Positions 1 to 8,958 of a stretch of 64,000 nt of DNA are shown here, in pieces. Where the stretch lies: contig JBAZXG010000004.1 in the NCBI GenBank assembly GCA_041660005.1, positions 5,720 through 69,719 on the forward strand, written 5' to 3'. The notes beneath the pieces were generated by a model. It was not told where the DNA came from. It searched no databases and worked only from the letters and a program-made list of their open reading frames with translations. This stretch comes from Patescibacteria group bacterium (GTDB lineage: Bacteria; Patescibacteriota; Patescibacteriia; GWA2-46-9). Positions within the stretch are counted from its first letter, which is position 1, and the number at the start of each line of letters is the position of its first letter. The translations under genes and the position numbers were made by a program.

Positions 1-255
1 CAATATCCGTTAGAGCTAAAATGCGATGGTACTCGTTTGGCTGAATAGTTATTTTAGCAGGCGCCTTAACAATCTTTGTTTCACTACCAACGGTCAATTC
101 GATTTCACCCTTAAATAAGTAATGAACTTCTAGCCCATCATGAACATGATCGGCGCTAATCGATCCTTTTTTTCGCGCAATAAATTTGACCTTATCGCAA
201 TCGTAAATAATGCCCCGTTCGTCTGATTTAAAAATTTTTATTTCCTGAACATCCA
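1..255 (-). CDS. Cupin-fold protein, WxcM/FdtA-like sugar 3,4-ketoisomerase family. N-terminal 85 codons only; the 3' end is cut by the window edge.
   Basis: Minus-strand ATG at 253-255. Translation MDVQEIKIFKSDERGIIYD...GSISADHVHDGLEVHYLFKGEIEL...PNEYHRI shows the two cupin motifs (G-x5-HxH-x3-E, P-x-G-x2-H) and the DeRG motif of FdtA/WxcM-like isomerases. Confidence 0.5.
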
Positions 256-279
256 TAGTCTATCCTGTGATAAAAATTG

Positions 280-672
280 TTATTTCAATAACTCGGCCAA
301 CAGAGCAGGCGTGGCTACTACTTTATCAATCAACGAGTCACGACACGGATCTCCTGTTTTATCGCTTAAGGCAAATATTGGCTTACCGAGTGCGGAAGCA
401 TAACCAATTTCCAGAGTGACGCTGACACCAACATAATTGTCCTTGTTATATACAAAACATACATCTGCTTTACGAATCCAATCAAAATGTTCAAGCGTTA
501 ACCCTTTAAAAAGCATTCTCGTAAAATGCTTCGAGTGAAAAAATGAGTCCTCGGGAATGGGTTCGTTGATGTTAGGCTGAAAAACAGCAACGCCCAAATT
601 CCCCAAGTCCATACAAAATTGAGCTACCTCATCTTTGAATTTTTTTGACGCGCAAACGACAACAGTTTCCAT
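280..672 (-). CDS. Small Rossmann-like hypothetical protein, possibly nucleoside 2-deoxyribosyltransferase-like.
   Basis: Track ORF 280..723; the likely start is the internal METVVVCASKKF Met, which removes the overlap with the upstream gene. No diagnostic motif, so the assignment is weak. Confidence 0.3.
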   Translation of the reverse strand: METVVVCASKKFKDEVAQFCMDLGNLGVAVFQPNINEPIPEDSFFHSKHFTRMLFKGLTLEHFDWIRKADVCFVYNKDNYVGVSVTLEIGYASALGKPIFALSDKTGDPCRDSLIDKVVATPALLAELLK

Positions 673-682
673 AAGAACCGAG

Positions 683-1369
683 TTAGGGATGCAAAACCGT
701 ACCCGTAAACGATTTACCTTCAATGATTCTTTTTACGTTACCAATTTGCCGGCCATTTAAAATATAAACCGAAATGCCTAATTTTTTTGCAAGCGCCGCA
801 GCTGTCGGGTCAAACGGGGTACTCAAGCGCGGCGACCATTTTGTTCCAATTATTTTTAAATAGTTTGACCAATTCATTTCGTGAATCGGTTTTGCCTTTT
901 TGTCTATCTTCGGATCAGCGGTGTATACCTGTTTAATATTGGAGAGGTTAATAATTTCCTTTGACCCAACTTTTTTAGCCCAGAGTACTGAATCCCAGTC
1001 CGAAGAATGACCTTCCTCAAAGGCTGCACCCATAATTATTTTTTCTCGTGGTATGACCTTTAATTTTTCAGGGTTTAAAATAATTTTTTTATGCGCTAAA
1101 GGCCCAAACATTGTACGCACAAGTTCTGCGTTCAAGGTCAGCGAACGAATGCCAATCCAATCCAAGTCATACGCTGTTGGTACACCGAGAATTTTTGCCG
1201 CTTCATTATATTGTCGATTCGTTCCTCCCCCACCACAACTAATGGCAAAACGCCGAGATTTAAAAGAGATAATGAGCTCCTTAAATTTTTTTAGAAATGC
1301 AATGTCGATCTCATCAGGAACAATAATTGAGCCCCCAAGCGAAAGTATGGTCCATGATGTTTTTGGCAT
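683..1369 (-). CDS. pyrH: UMP kinase, archaeal-type (amino-acid kinase family).
   Basis: ILSLGGSIIVPDEIDIAFLK, VYTADPKIDKKAKPI and a C-terminal GTVLHP closely follow the archaeal UMPK pattern (GGS rather than the bacterial LSGE). Length 228 aa. Confidence 0.7.
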   Translation of the reverse strand: MPKTSWTILSLGGSIIVPDEIDIAFLKKFKELIISFKSRRFAISCGGGGTNRQYNEAAKILGVPTAYDLDWIGIRSLTLNAELVRTMFGPLAHKKIILNPEKLKVIPREKIIMGAAFEEGHSSDWDSVLWAKKVGSKEIINLSNIKQVYTADPKIDKKAKPIHEMNWSNYLKIIGTKWSPRLSTPFDPTAAALAKKLGISVYILNGRQIGNVKRIIEGKSFTGTVLHP

Positions 1370-1371
1370 AG

Positions 1372-2448
1372 CTACTTGGTTAGGTAAAGACGCTTACTCT
1401 GCAAATGCGTTTCGTAATCCTTGGCAAAATGCGTATGCCCGTCTTTATCGGTCAAGAAGTACCAGTAGTCGTTGGTGTCCGGAAAAATCGCTGCTTTGAT
1501 AGCGTTAAGCCCTGGGTTACTAATCGGACCCGGTGGCAAACCTGGGTGTACATAGGTGTTATACAGGGATTGGTTTTTTAAATCTTCAGATGTCAATTGT
1601 GGTTTTTTGTCCCCGACCGCAAGTACATAGTTCAATGTGGCGTCGGATTGCAGTAATTCCCCGCTATTGAGACGCTTATAAATGACGTCGGCCGCTATTG
1701 GTAGGTCAGCGGCGTCACGAATTTCCTTTTCAAGAATGCTCGCTATGGTCAATGTTGTAAAAATACTTTGCCCACGTTTTGTAATAGCTTCGCGCAAGTC
1801 CGGTGTTAATTTTCTGTCGAGCGTTATCAGCATCTTTTGCGCTATTTCGTCCGCTGAAGCGCCCTTAAAAATGCGATAACTATCAGGGAATAAATAACCC
1901 TCGAGCGAAGCACTGTCGGGCTTATCAGCCAAAACAGAAACTGCCTGGTGGTCTGCCAGACGCGCTAAGGCCTGCTTGAAGTCAGCTCGAGAGACGATGC
2001 CATGCTGTTCAAGATAACTGGCAATGTCGTCAATCGTCCAACCTTCAATAACGGTAATAGTGCGCTCATTAGCTGCGTCCATACCGCTCGCTAAAATTTG
2101 CGCGAGCTCCCGAATGTTCAAATCGAATCCTAACGTATATTCTCCCGCTTGCAGACTGCGCGACCATCCTCGAAGCCACACGTAAACCTCAAATGTACGC
2201 GGACTCACGATGAGCCCCTTTGATTGAAGGTCTCTACTAATATCTCCCAGACTTTCATTTTTTAGAACGCTAAAAGTAACGGGCGCAGCGTCGCCACCCG
2301 GAGAGCGAACAATGCCGCCAGCAAAGCTCCCCAAGTAAAGTAGCAACGAAAACACTAAACCACCAACCACAAGAAAAAAAACGGAAAAAGCACGAGATGA
2401 CATTGTATTTTTAAACGCTAGTCGTTTCCAAGGTAACGTTCGACACAA
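1372..2448 (-). CDS. mltG: Endolytic murein transglycosylase MltG/YceG. The true start may be the internal MSSRAF Met at about 2403.
   Basis: N-terminal TM anchor and YceG-like motifs (ASILEKE, LQSDATLNYVL). Confidence 0.8.
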   Translation of the reverse strand: MCRTLPWKRLAFKNTMSSRAFSVFFLVVGGLVFSLLLYLGSFAGGIVRSPGGDAAPVTFSVLKNESLGDISRDLQSKGLIVSPRTFEVYVWLRGWSRSLQAGEYTLGFDLNIRELAQILASGMDAANERTITVIEGWTIDDIASYLEQHGIVSRADFKQALARLADHQAVSVLADKPDSASLEGYLFPDSYRIFKGASADEIAQKMLITLDRKLTPDLREAITKRGQSIFTTLTIASILEKEIRDAADLPIAADVIYKRLNSGELLQSDATLNYVLAVGDKKPQLTSEDLKNQSLYNTYVHPGLPPGPISNPGLNAIKAAIFPDTNDYWYFLTDKDGHTHFAKDYETHLQSKRLYLTK

Positions 2449-2972
2449 TGCAGCACGGCAATCTGATTCAGTGCCTGAATGGTTCCACTTTTAACGAGCT
2501 CAACTAATTCTTCTTTGGAAACCAGCACTGTCTCCGTTTGCTCGCGCGATCTAAATTCGGGGGCAGTTACCCGCTCGGCGTTGATGGCAGCATAGACATG
2601 CAGCTTGGCAGATGATGCGCTTACATCCACGTCAAGAACCGCAACTTCTTCCATTTTCTCTGAAGAGTAACCGGTCTCTTCAAGCAATTCGCGGCGTGCC
2701 GCTTCTGCGGTATTAATATCATGCCGGTCTACGAAACCGCCGGGAAACTCTGTGGTAACTCGACCAACGGCATGTCGATACTGGTGCACCAACAGAACCT
2801 GGTTTTCTTTGGTCAAGCAAAAAATGATAACGCCATCGGGTTGTTCACGAACAAAATAATCCTGAATAATCGTGCCGTCAGGAAGCTGGCAGACATCTTT
2901 ACGAACTTTGTAGCGTTCGGTATCCAAAATGGTTTCCGATTGCAGTGTTTTCCACGGTTTAATATCTGGCAT
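2418..2972 (-). CDS. NUDIX hydrolase (ADP-ribose pyrophosphatase-like).
   Basis: Nudix box GGFVDRHDINTAEAARRELLEETGY (G-x5-E-x7-REuxEExGu). Confidence 0.8.
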   Translation of the reverse strand: MPDIKPWKTLQSETILDTERYKVRKDVCQLPDGTIIQDYFVREQPDGVIIFCLTKENQVLLVHQYRHAVGRVTTEFPGGFVDRHDINTAEAARRELLEETGYSSEKMEEVAVLDVDVSASSAKLHVYAAINAERVTAPEFRSREQTETVLVSKEELVELVKSGTIQALNQIAVLHCVERYLGND

Positions 2973-3024
2973 AGAATCAATAGCAACGTAGCGGACTCAA
3001 CACATACTGTCAACGTATCCCGTT

Positions 3025-3948
3025 TTAAACCGGTATATCGTAAATAACATTTTTTCGCTCAACCACAACGCGCCACTTTCTCTTTTTTGCTTCGGCGTAG
3101 AGGCCTGCCGTAGGATTAAAAGCAATTGCGTGGTCAACCAACTCGAGAAAACTGACGTCTGTTTCTGTGTCGCCTACTCCCCATGAGTCGTTGAACGATA
3201 AACCTTTCTCGGCAACAAAACTTTGCACAATTTCCGCCTTACTATCAACCGAACGGCGATCCAATATGCGCCCCGTGTAAACCCCCTTATTATCTACCTC
3301 GTATTCTGTCCCCCAGATGTAATCAAAGCCAAAATAAGCACCAAAGGGTCTTACCATTTCTGAGGGAGACCCGGAAACAGCCAAAAGTATATATTCACTG
3401 GCTAGTGTTTTTAAAAGATCACGGGTAAAGCGATAGACGCGGTCGCGACGCTGCAACAGAACAAGATTCACCGCAGCATCTACATACTTGCGCTCCTTGC
3501 CTTGCATGGCTTTCAAGTGCATTTCAACAACGCTACGAATGTAGTCATCGTAACTACCCCTCCGCTCAACCCAGGCAAAGTAAGCATCGAGTATCTGACC
3601 AAGAACGGACTCTGGAATAATGCCCGAACGCATCAGTCCCTTGTTAAATTCAACCAGTAAACTCGATCGAAAAACCGTTCCGTCAATATCGAAAATCGCT
3701 ATTTTATTTTTGCCAACACTTCGTCGGCTTGCCGCGAGGTTACCATATACTGAGGCAAAAATATCCCGCGTAGCTCCTTGACCGTCCGTAGCCCTAGGCG
3801 AAGGAGGTCCTTGACCCGCCGCATGCTTACTATGTCCCGCCGTAGTTTTATACGTAGGGGGAGCGAAGGAGGTTAGCGAAGTGGGATTACCCATGCATAC
3901 CCCGTCCACCCTGGGACGGGTTAGTTGACTTCTTTTATCTTCATGCAT
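3025..3948 (-). CDS. HAD-superfamily hydrolase (HAD-IB, phosphoserine-phosphatase-like). The start is uncertain because the N-terminus is low complexity.
   Basis: Motif I IAIFDIDGTV and a C-terminal GDTETDVSFLELVDHAIAFNP (HAD motif IV). Confidence 0.6.
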   Translation of the reverse strand: MHEDKRSQLTRPRVDGVCMGNPTSLTSFAPPTYKTTAGHSKHAAGQGPPSPRATDGQGATRDIFASVYGNLAASRRSVGKNKIAIFDIDGTVFRSSLLVEFNKGLMRSGIIPESVLGQILDAYFAWVERRGSYDDYIRSVVEMHLKAMQGKERKYVDAAVNLVLLQRRDRVYRFTRDLLKTLASEYILLAVSGSPSEMVRPFGAYFGFDYIWGTEYEVDNKGVYTGRILDRRSVDSKAEIVQSFVAEKGLSFNDSWGVGDTETDVSFLELVDHAIAFNPTAGLYAEAKKRKWRVVVERKNVIYDIPV

Positions 3949-3957
3949 ACTTGCACT

Positions 3958-4809
3958 CTACGCCTGGCAAAAAGAACAGTAAACCGTTCCGCGCCCGTTC
4001 TCCCGACTGCGCGTGAGGGACTTACCACATCGACGACACGGTTTGCCACCTCTGCCGTAGACGTTAAGGTAAGGCACAAATGAACTGTCTTTAGCATCCG
4101 TTTTTTGGTAGGTACTGCGAGTCGTTCCGCGATGCTTCACCGCCTGGATGAGCACACTACGAATTGCTTGATAGAGTCGTCGTCGTTCTAGGTTGGAGAA
4201 CGTGGGCAGTTTACGACCAGGACGAACGCCCGCACGAAAGCACGATTCGTCAACATAAATATTGCCAAGACCCGCCACGAATGTTTGGTTCAACAAAAAA
4301 CTTTTAACCGTCCCCGATCGTCGCTGAGTCATCCGTTCAAAAACCTGAAACGTAAACGAGCGAGACAACGGCTCAATACCTATTTTTTCAGTCAACTTTT
4401 TTGATGCGTCTTCGGTATACAGTCGAGCATACCCAAATTGCCGTACGTCGTTTACATAAAGCTCGTCCCCGCCGGCAAATCGCAGCGTAAGATGCGTGTA
4501 CTTGTTGGGTAATGCGGTTAATCCAGGCACTGCATGTCCGCCAAAAATAATTAACTTCTTATGGCGAAGAACAACCTGTCCGGTCATCTTAAGATGCACA
4601 TGCAAAGCACTTTTATTATCAAAAACAAAAACGAGTAACTTACCATACCGCTTTATACTGACGATCCGACGGCTTACAATTTTTTTAGCAAATCCCTTTT
4701 TGGGAGAAACAAACTTCGGTAAACCTATAACCACTTTTTTAACGCGCGCATCAATTAAATAGCGAGACAAATCTTTTCGCAAAGTCTCAACCTCGGGTAA
4801 TTCTGGCAT
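3958..4809 (-). CDS. mutM: Formamidopyrimidine-DNA glycosylase.
   Basis: Canonical MPELPEVE N-terminus (catalytic Pro2 and Glu3) and a C-terminal CxxC...CxxC zinc finger (CRRCG...CSFCQ). Confidence 0.9.
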   Translation of the reverse strand: MPELPEVETLRKDLSRYLIDARVKKVVIGLPKFVSPKKGFAKKIVSRRIVSIKRYGKLLVFVFDNKSALHVHLKMTGQVVLRHKKLIIFGGHAVPGLTALPNKYTHLTLRFAGGDELYVNDVRQFGYARLYTEDASKKLTEKIGIEPLSRSFTFQVFERMTQRRSGTVKSFLLNQTFVAGLGNIYVDESCFRAGVRPGRKLPTFSNLERRRLYQAIRSVLIQAVKHRGTTRSTYQKTDAKDSSFVPYLNVYGRGGKPCRRCGKSLTRSRENGRGTVYCSFCQA

Positions 4810-4850
4810 GGCAAAGTCTGTTCTAAATCTCGTGGTACCCGTTCTGAATA

Positions 4851-6407
4851 TTACAATTCTTGAAGTAGTGAGTGTCCGATCATGGCCGCTGGCTGCCTAA
4901 TATCAAGTAACGCCAATAGCGTAGGGGCAACATCACCCAGAACGCCGCCCTCAGCCAGCTTCTTTCCCTGCATGGACTTTCCGTAACAGCGAATAATAAG
5001 TGGCACCGGTGAAGCGGTATGTTTTGTAAGAATTGCCCCGTCAGTGGTGAGCATGCACTCAGCATTGCCATGATCCGCCGTAATCACTAGTGTTCCCTGA
5101 CGTGCTTCGAGCGCCTCATTGATGCGACCAAGGCAGCGATCAACCTCTTCAATGCCAACAATTGCCGCCGCAATATCCCCAGTGTGACCGAGCATGTCGG
5201 GATTCGCAAAGTTAACGACGATAACATCAAACTGCTGCTTTTGAAGCGCAGCTACGACAACATCGGTCACCGCAGACGCCGCCATCAGCGGGCGCTTTGC
5301 ATAACGAACGACATCGGGCGACAAAACTCGCTCCTGTGTTTCTCCGGCAACTTGGCCGGGATGACCACCGTTAAAAAAATATGTTACGTGCGCGAATTTT
5401 TCGCTCTCGCCAACATACAACTGACGAAGACCAGAAAGAAGCATAGGAAAAGTCTCTGTCACTTGAATCTCAGAGTATGCAGGAATAGCGCCTGGAAGCG
5501 ATGGACCATAATCAACAAGTGTTACGAAGCAGAGATCATGAAATGTACGCACAGCAAAAGCATCTTGATTGCCCTGTTCAAAATCAGTCTCTAAAAAGGC
5601 CTTACAAAGCTCGCGCGCTCGGTCAGGACGAAAATTGAAAAAAATAATCGCATCCCCGTCCTGAATACGCCCTTCCTCACCATTACCGTCGCTGTCAATA
5701 ATGGTCGGTGTTATAAACTCATCAGTTTCACCGCGCTTATAAGCCGCACGAAGACCCTGCAGAGCTTGAGACGCCCGCTCTCCTTCACCCAGAACAAGCG
5801 CATTGTATGCATGTTTAATTTGTTTCCAATCTTTTTTTCGATCCATGGCGTAAGCCCGACCAATAATGGTCACCACTTTTTCATGCGGTTGAAGCGAATC
5901 CACCAATACTTTAAGAAGACGCTCGCCATCGGTCGGCGAAGAATCACGCCCATCGGTAAACAAATGCAGGTATACATTTTGAATGCTTTGCTCTTTGCAA
6001 AAACGACGGAGTGCTGCCAAATGTTCAGGATTACTATGCGGACTGTCCGCTGTCGAAAGCAAACCCATAAGGTGCACTCGCCCGTTCCCCTTTTTGGCAT
6101 GCTCGGCTGCTTTTAAAAAAGCTGCATTGTTGAAAAAATTACCCTCTTGAATATCACGACTGATACGGCGTACCTGCTGCTCGACAATTCTGCCAGCACC
6201 AAGGTTCATGTGTCCGGCTTCAGAGTTTCCTGCTTCGCCGTCAAGGAGGCCCACCGCGGCACCTGAAGCCGCAAGTGCGGTCGTGACACCGTTTAGACTT
6301 ATGGCGTCAATGTTCGGCTTTTTGGCGCGTGCCACCGCATTGCCTTCGTTGTCCGAAGCAATACCATACCCATCTAAAATTGCGAGCACGAGTGGTGAGG
6401 TGTTCAT
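4851..6407 (-). CDS. gpmI: 2,3-bisphosphoglycerate-independent phosphoglycerate mutase.
   Basis: 518 aa. N-terminus LVLAILDGYG; iPGM metalloenzyme domain pattern throughout. Confidence 0.85.
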   Translation of the reverse strand: MNTSPLVLAILDGYGIASDNEGNAVARAKKPNIDAISLNGVTTALAASGAAVGLLDGEAGNSEAGHMNLGAGRIVEQQVRRISRDIQEGNFFNNAAFLKAAEHAKKGNGRVHLMGLLSTADSPHSNPEHLAALRRFCKEQSIQNVYLHLFTDGRDSSPTDGERLLKVLVDSLQPHEKVVTIIGRAYAMDRKKDWKQIKHAYNALVLGEGERASQALQGLRAAYKRGETDEFITPTIIDSDGNGEEGRIQDGDAIIFFNFRPDRARELCKAFLETDFEQGNQDAFAVRTFHDLCFVTLVDYGPSLPGAIPAYSEIQVTETFPMLLSGLRQLYVGESEKFAHVTYFFNGGHPGQVAGETQERVLSPDVVRYAKRPLMAASAVTDVVVAALQKQQFDVIVVNFANPDMLGHTGDIAAAIVGIEEVDRCLGRINEALEARQGTLVITADHGNAECMLTTDGAILTKHTASPVPLIIRCYGKSMQGKKLAEGGVLGDVAPTLLALLDIRQPAAMIGHSLLQEL

Positions 6408-7600
6408 AATGTCTGCTGGTGAGCAAGATCAAGTAATCGATTATACCTTACAATATGCTCGCCTCTTAGGAAACTTCCTAATTTCAAATACTCAGCGGAC
6501 ACAGCAAAACCAAAATCAACAAGAAAATCATCAATCGCTTCCGCATTAGGAGTAAGGAGCACGCGCGCCAAATTCATCCCTCGCGCCTGAACAGCATAGT
6601 CAAGCGCGTCACTCACTGTATCAAAGCACGCCAAATCAATAGCCGCCGCGCCGACCTCGTCACGAATGACGGCTTTCTCAAGAATAGCTGCATCTTTTGC
6701 CGCAAGATCATGACGCAAAAAAGTCACGCGGTTGGCAAAGTGGCGCTGAGCGTGACCATAAGCGTTATCAGTTTGAAAAGCGTTCTCAATCATGCCAATG
6801 GGGTAGCGACGAATGAGAGAGTGACAAAGTTGCAACATGGCAGTATCTTCTTTTTCCGGAAAAAATTCTGATGAAATCGCACGCTCGTCTTCCAGCACAC
6901 TCGCTTGACCAAAATCAACCGCAATACGAACATCACTATTACGCAGTCCAATTTTTTTTGCGCTGGCTACAATTGCCGTCAAAACTTCTTCAAGCGTTAT
7001 GTTTCTCCCTGATCCTCTCACTAAAGACGAATGCAAAACGACAGGCAATAAACGATGAAACGACGCCAACGTTTTCCTGGCAAGAGCCATGAGTGTAACG
7101 AGTGAACGTCTTGGCCCTTTTGAGGCGCGCGGGTTAATAGATAAACTGACTGTTTTAAAACCTTCTTCGGTGTTGTTTGAAAAAAACTCAAAAACAGGCA
7201 CGGGCAGCGCCCAGCCCGGCCCAGAGAATGGCGCGAATTCACGCAAATGCTGATGCAATTCTCGACCAGCAGCACGAGCGCCAACACGAGCGACTGCCTG
7301 AGAGACCGCCCGCGCGAGTAACCGCCCTGCCGCTGGATTCGCAAAAGACCGCACGAGTGAAACAATACGCCGATCAACTTCGTTTTGTTCAACAGTATCA
7401 ATGCCACGCAGTGCTTTGCGCAATTTCGTGTTGCCGAAATCAATAGCCGCATTGACCTTCGCATCACTTACTCCAACGCACGATACCGTAGCAGTTGCTG
7501 TTTGGCCAGTTAGTGTTTTAACCGTTGCCTTAATTGCTGCGTCGCCCTTACTATCAAACACCTCACGAAACAAAATGTCGTTAATGCCGGTAACCCGCAT
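6404..7600 (-). CDS. Enolase-superfamily paralog with degenerate catalytic residues (pseudo-enolase).
   Basis: Enolase-like N-terminus (FREVFDSKGDAAIKATV vs the enolase EIIDSRGNPTVE), PVPVFEF, YPIGMIENAF and a C-terminal RYNRLL. Metal ligands appear conserved, but the E211 (DEGG to RGSG), K345 (IKFNQ to LACFD) and H373 (SHRSGET to LLTPNAE) equivalents are lost. Confidence 0.6.
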   Translation of the reverse strand: MRVTGINDILFREVFDSKGDAAIKATVKTLTGQTATATVSCVGVSDAKVNAAIDFGNTKLRKALRGIDTVEQNEVDRRIVSLVRSFANPAAGRLLARAVSQAVARVGARAAGRELHQHLREFAPFSGPGWALPVPVFEFFSNNTEEGFKTVSLSINPRASKGPRRSLVTLMALARKTLASFHRLLPVVLHSSLVRGSGRNITLEEVLTAIVASAKKIGLRNSDVRIAVDFGQASVLEDERAISSEFFPEKEDTAMLQLCHSLIRRYPIGMIENAFQTDNAYGHAQRHFANRVTFLRHDLAAKDAAILEKAVIRDEVGAAAIDLACFDTVSDALDYAVQARGMNLARVLLTPNAEAIDDFLVDFGFAVSAEYLKLGSFLRGEHIVRYNRLLDLAHQQTL

Positions 7601-7611
7601 ACAACAGCAAA

Positions 7612-8856
7612 CTATTTAATTCTAAGGGGTGCCAATCCTGCTAGCTCTTTTCCTGAAAGAAACTGAAGCATGGCACCTCCACCAGTTGATCGACAGTCAA
7701 CATACTCTTCCATGCCCGTTGAACGAAGAACCTTCAATGTTTCGCCGCCACCCACAACACCAAAAGCTGGTCCTTCAGAACGAGCAGCAATCAACCAACC
7801 AAGCGCTCTGCTACCTTGAGCAAACACCGGTACTTCGAACATTCCTAAGGGGCCAGCCCAAACAATGGTTTGTGCTTTTTTGATAATACTCGCGTAACTG
7901 AGAACCGTTTTTGGACCAACATCGTAAATGGTCTCTGTAGGCCGAACCTTGTCTTTAGTACTAAAATCAACTAGCCGCGGAGCCGATTCCGGGCTTTTTG
8001 CCACAACCACATCTTCGGGTAAATGCATGAGTGGTATCAAACCAAGACCTGGGAAGCGGCGCTTTTCTTTTAAAAGTGCTTTTAATTTCCGGTATGACAC
8101 CGGAGTCGCTGCGGACGATTTTCCGATTGGTGTTTTGAGTATTTGCAAAAAAGTATTTGCCGGTCCCCCGCCTACCAAAATAGCGCTGGCGTGCTCGGCC
8201 AAATGCATCAACATCGGAATCTTATCTTCAACCTTGATGCCACCAACCATGAGGACAAAAGGCTTTTTAGGTCGCGAGCGAACGCCATCGAGCACATTGA
8301 TCTCACGCAGTAACTGCCAACCAGCATACGCTGGCAAGCGCTTCGCCACACCCAGCATAGAGGCATGCGCGCGATGAGTGTTAGAAAAACATTCGTTCAT
8401 ATAAACGTCCCCCAAGGTGGCCAAGGCATCACAAAACGCCGGATCATTTTTTTCTTCCCCTTGGTAAAACCGCATGTTCTCCAAAGCAAGCAGATGCCCG
8501 GGGACTATCCGCTTCGTTATGGCGGCTACTTTACGAAAATCGCGAACCTCAGTAAAAGCAACGTTACCAACGTCAGGAGGGAGGAGTGTTTGCAAGTGAC
8601 TGATAACGGGCTTCAGCGACATGCGCGCTACTTTGTGCCCCTTGGGTCGCCCCAGATGTCCGATGAGTACAATGCGCGCTCGGGCTCGAGAGAGACGAAC
8701 AATGGTTGGTACCAACTGCTGCAGGCGAAAGTCATCTGCTACCTCTAAAACACCGCGAGCATTTTTTGCAAGCGGAACATCGAATGCACCGCGTAGGAGC
8801 ACCCTTTTGCCGGCAAGTTTAGCATCATCAGTAATCGTCCGAAGCGCGCGTTGCAT
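7612..8856 (-). CDS. pgk: Phosphoglycerate kinase.
   Basis: 414 aa. N-terminal LAGKRVLLRGAFDVPL; PGK hinge and C-domain motifs. Confidence 0.9.
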   Translation of the reverse strand: MQRALRTITDDAKLAGKRVLLRGAFDVPLAKNARGVLEVADDFRLQQLVPTIVRLSRARARIVLIGHLGRPKGHKVARMSLKPVISHLQTLLPPDVGNVAFTEVRDFRKVAAITKRIVPGHLLALENMRFYQGEEKNDPAFCDALATLGDVYMNECFSNTHRAHASMLGVAKRLPAYAGWQLLREINVLDGVRSRPKKPFVLMVGGIKVEDKIPMLMHLAEHASAILVGGGPANTFLQILKTPIGKSSAATPVSYRKLKALLKEKRRFPGLGLIPLMHLPEDVVVAKSPESAPRLVDFSTKDKVRPTETIYDVGPKTVLSYASIIKKAQTIVWAGPLGMFEVPVFAQGSRALGWLIAARSEGPAFGVVGGGETLKVLRSTGMEEYVDCRSTGGGAMLQFLSGKELAGLAPLRIK

Positions 8857-8925
8857 AGTGAAAATAGTGTAGCACTTTTAATTCTTACCCGTCAGTATGA
8901 AAAAACTATCCTACGAAATACAGAA

Positions 8926-8958
8926 AACCTGCTCTCGAGCAGGTTTCACTGTTTTTTA
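8926..8958. terminator. Palindromic hairpin terminator between pgk and gapA. It implies separate transcription units for gapA and pgk-enoL-gpmI.
   Basis: 20-nt perfect palindrome aacctgctctcgagcaggtt with T-rich tracts on both strands. Confidence 0.6.

Noticed and set aside
1053-1499. Numerous antisense ORFs of 60-150 aa overlapping housekeeping genes (e.g. 1053..1499, 5184..5594, 7928..8377, 20233..20550, 30465..30959, 43599..44033).
   Set aside because: Each overlaps a strongly supported conserved gene on the other strand and has no motif or RBS. They are artefacts of six-frame translation.
3025-3948. The N-terminal roughly 75 aa of the HAD-hydrolase ORF taken as real coding sequence.
   Set aside because: Low-complexity Pro/Gly/Ala-rich segment with no motif. 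The true start is probably a non-ATG codon near VGKNKIAIFDIDG, but I cannot place it confidently, so the full ORF coordinates are kept with a caveat.
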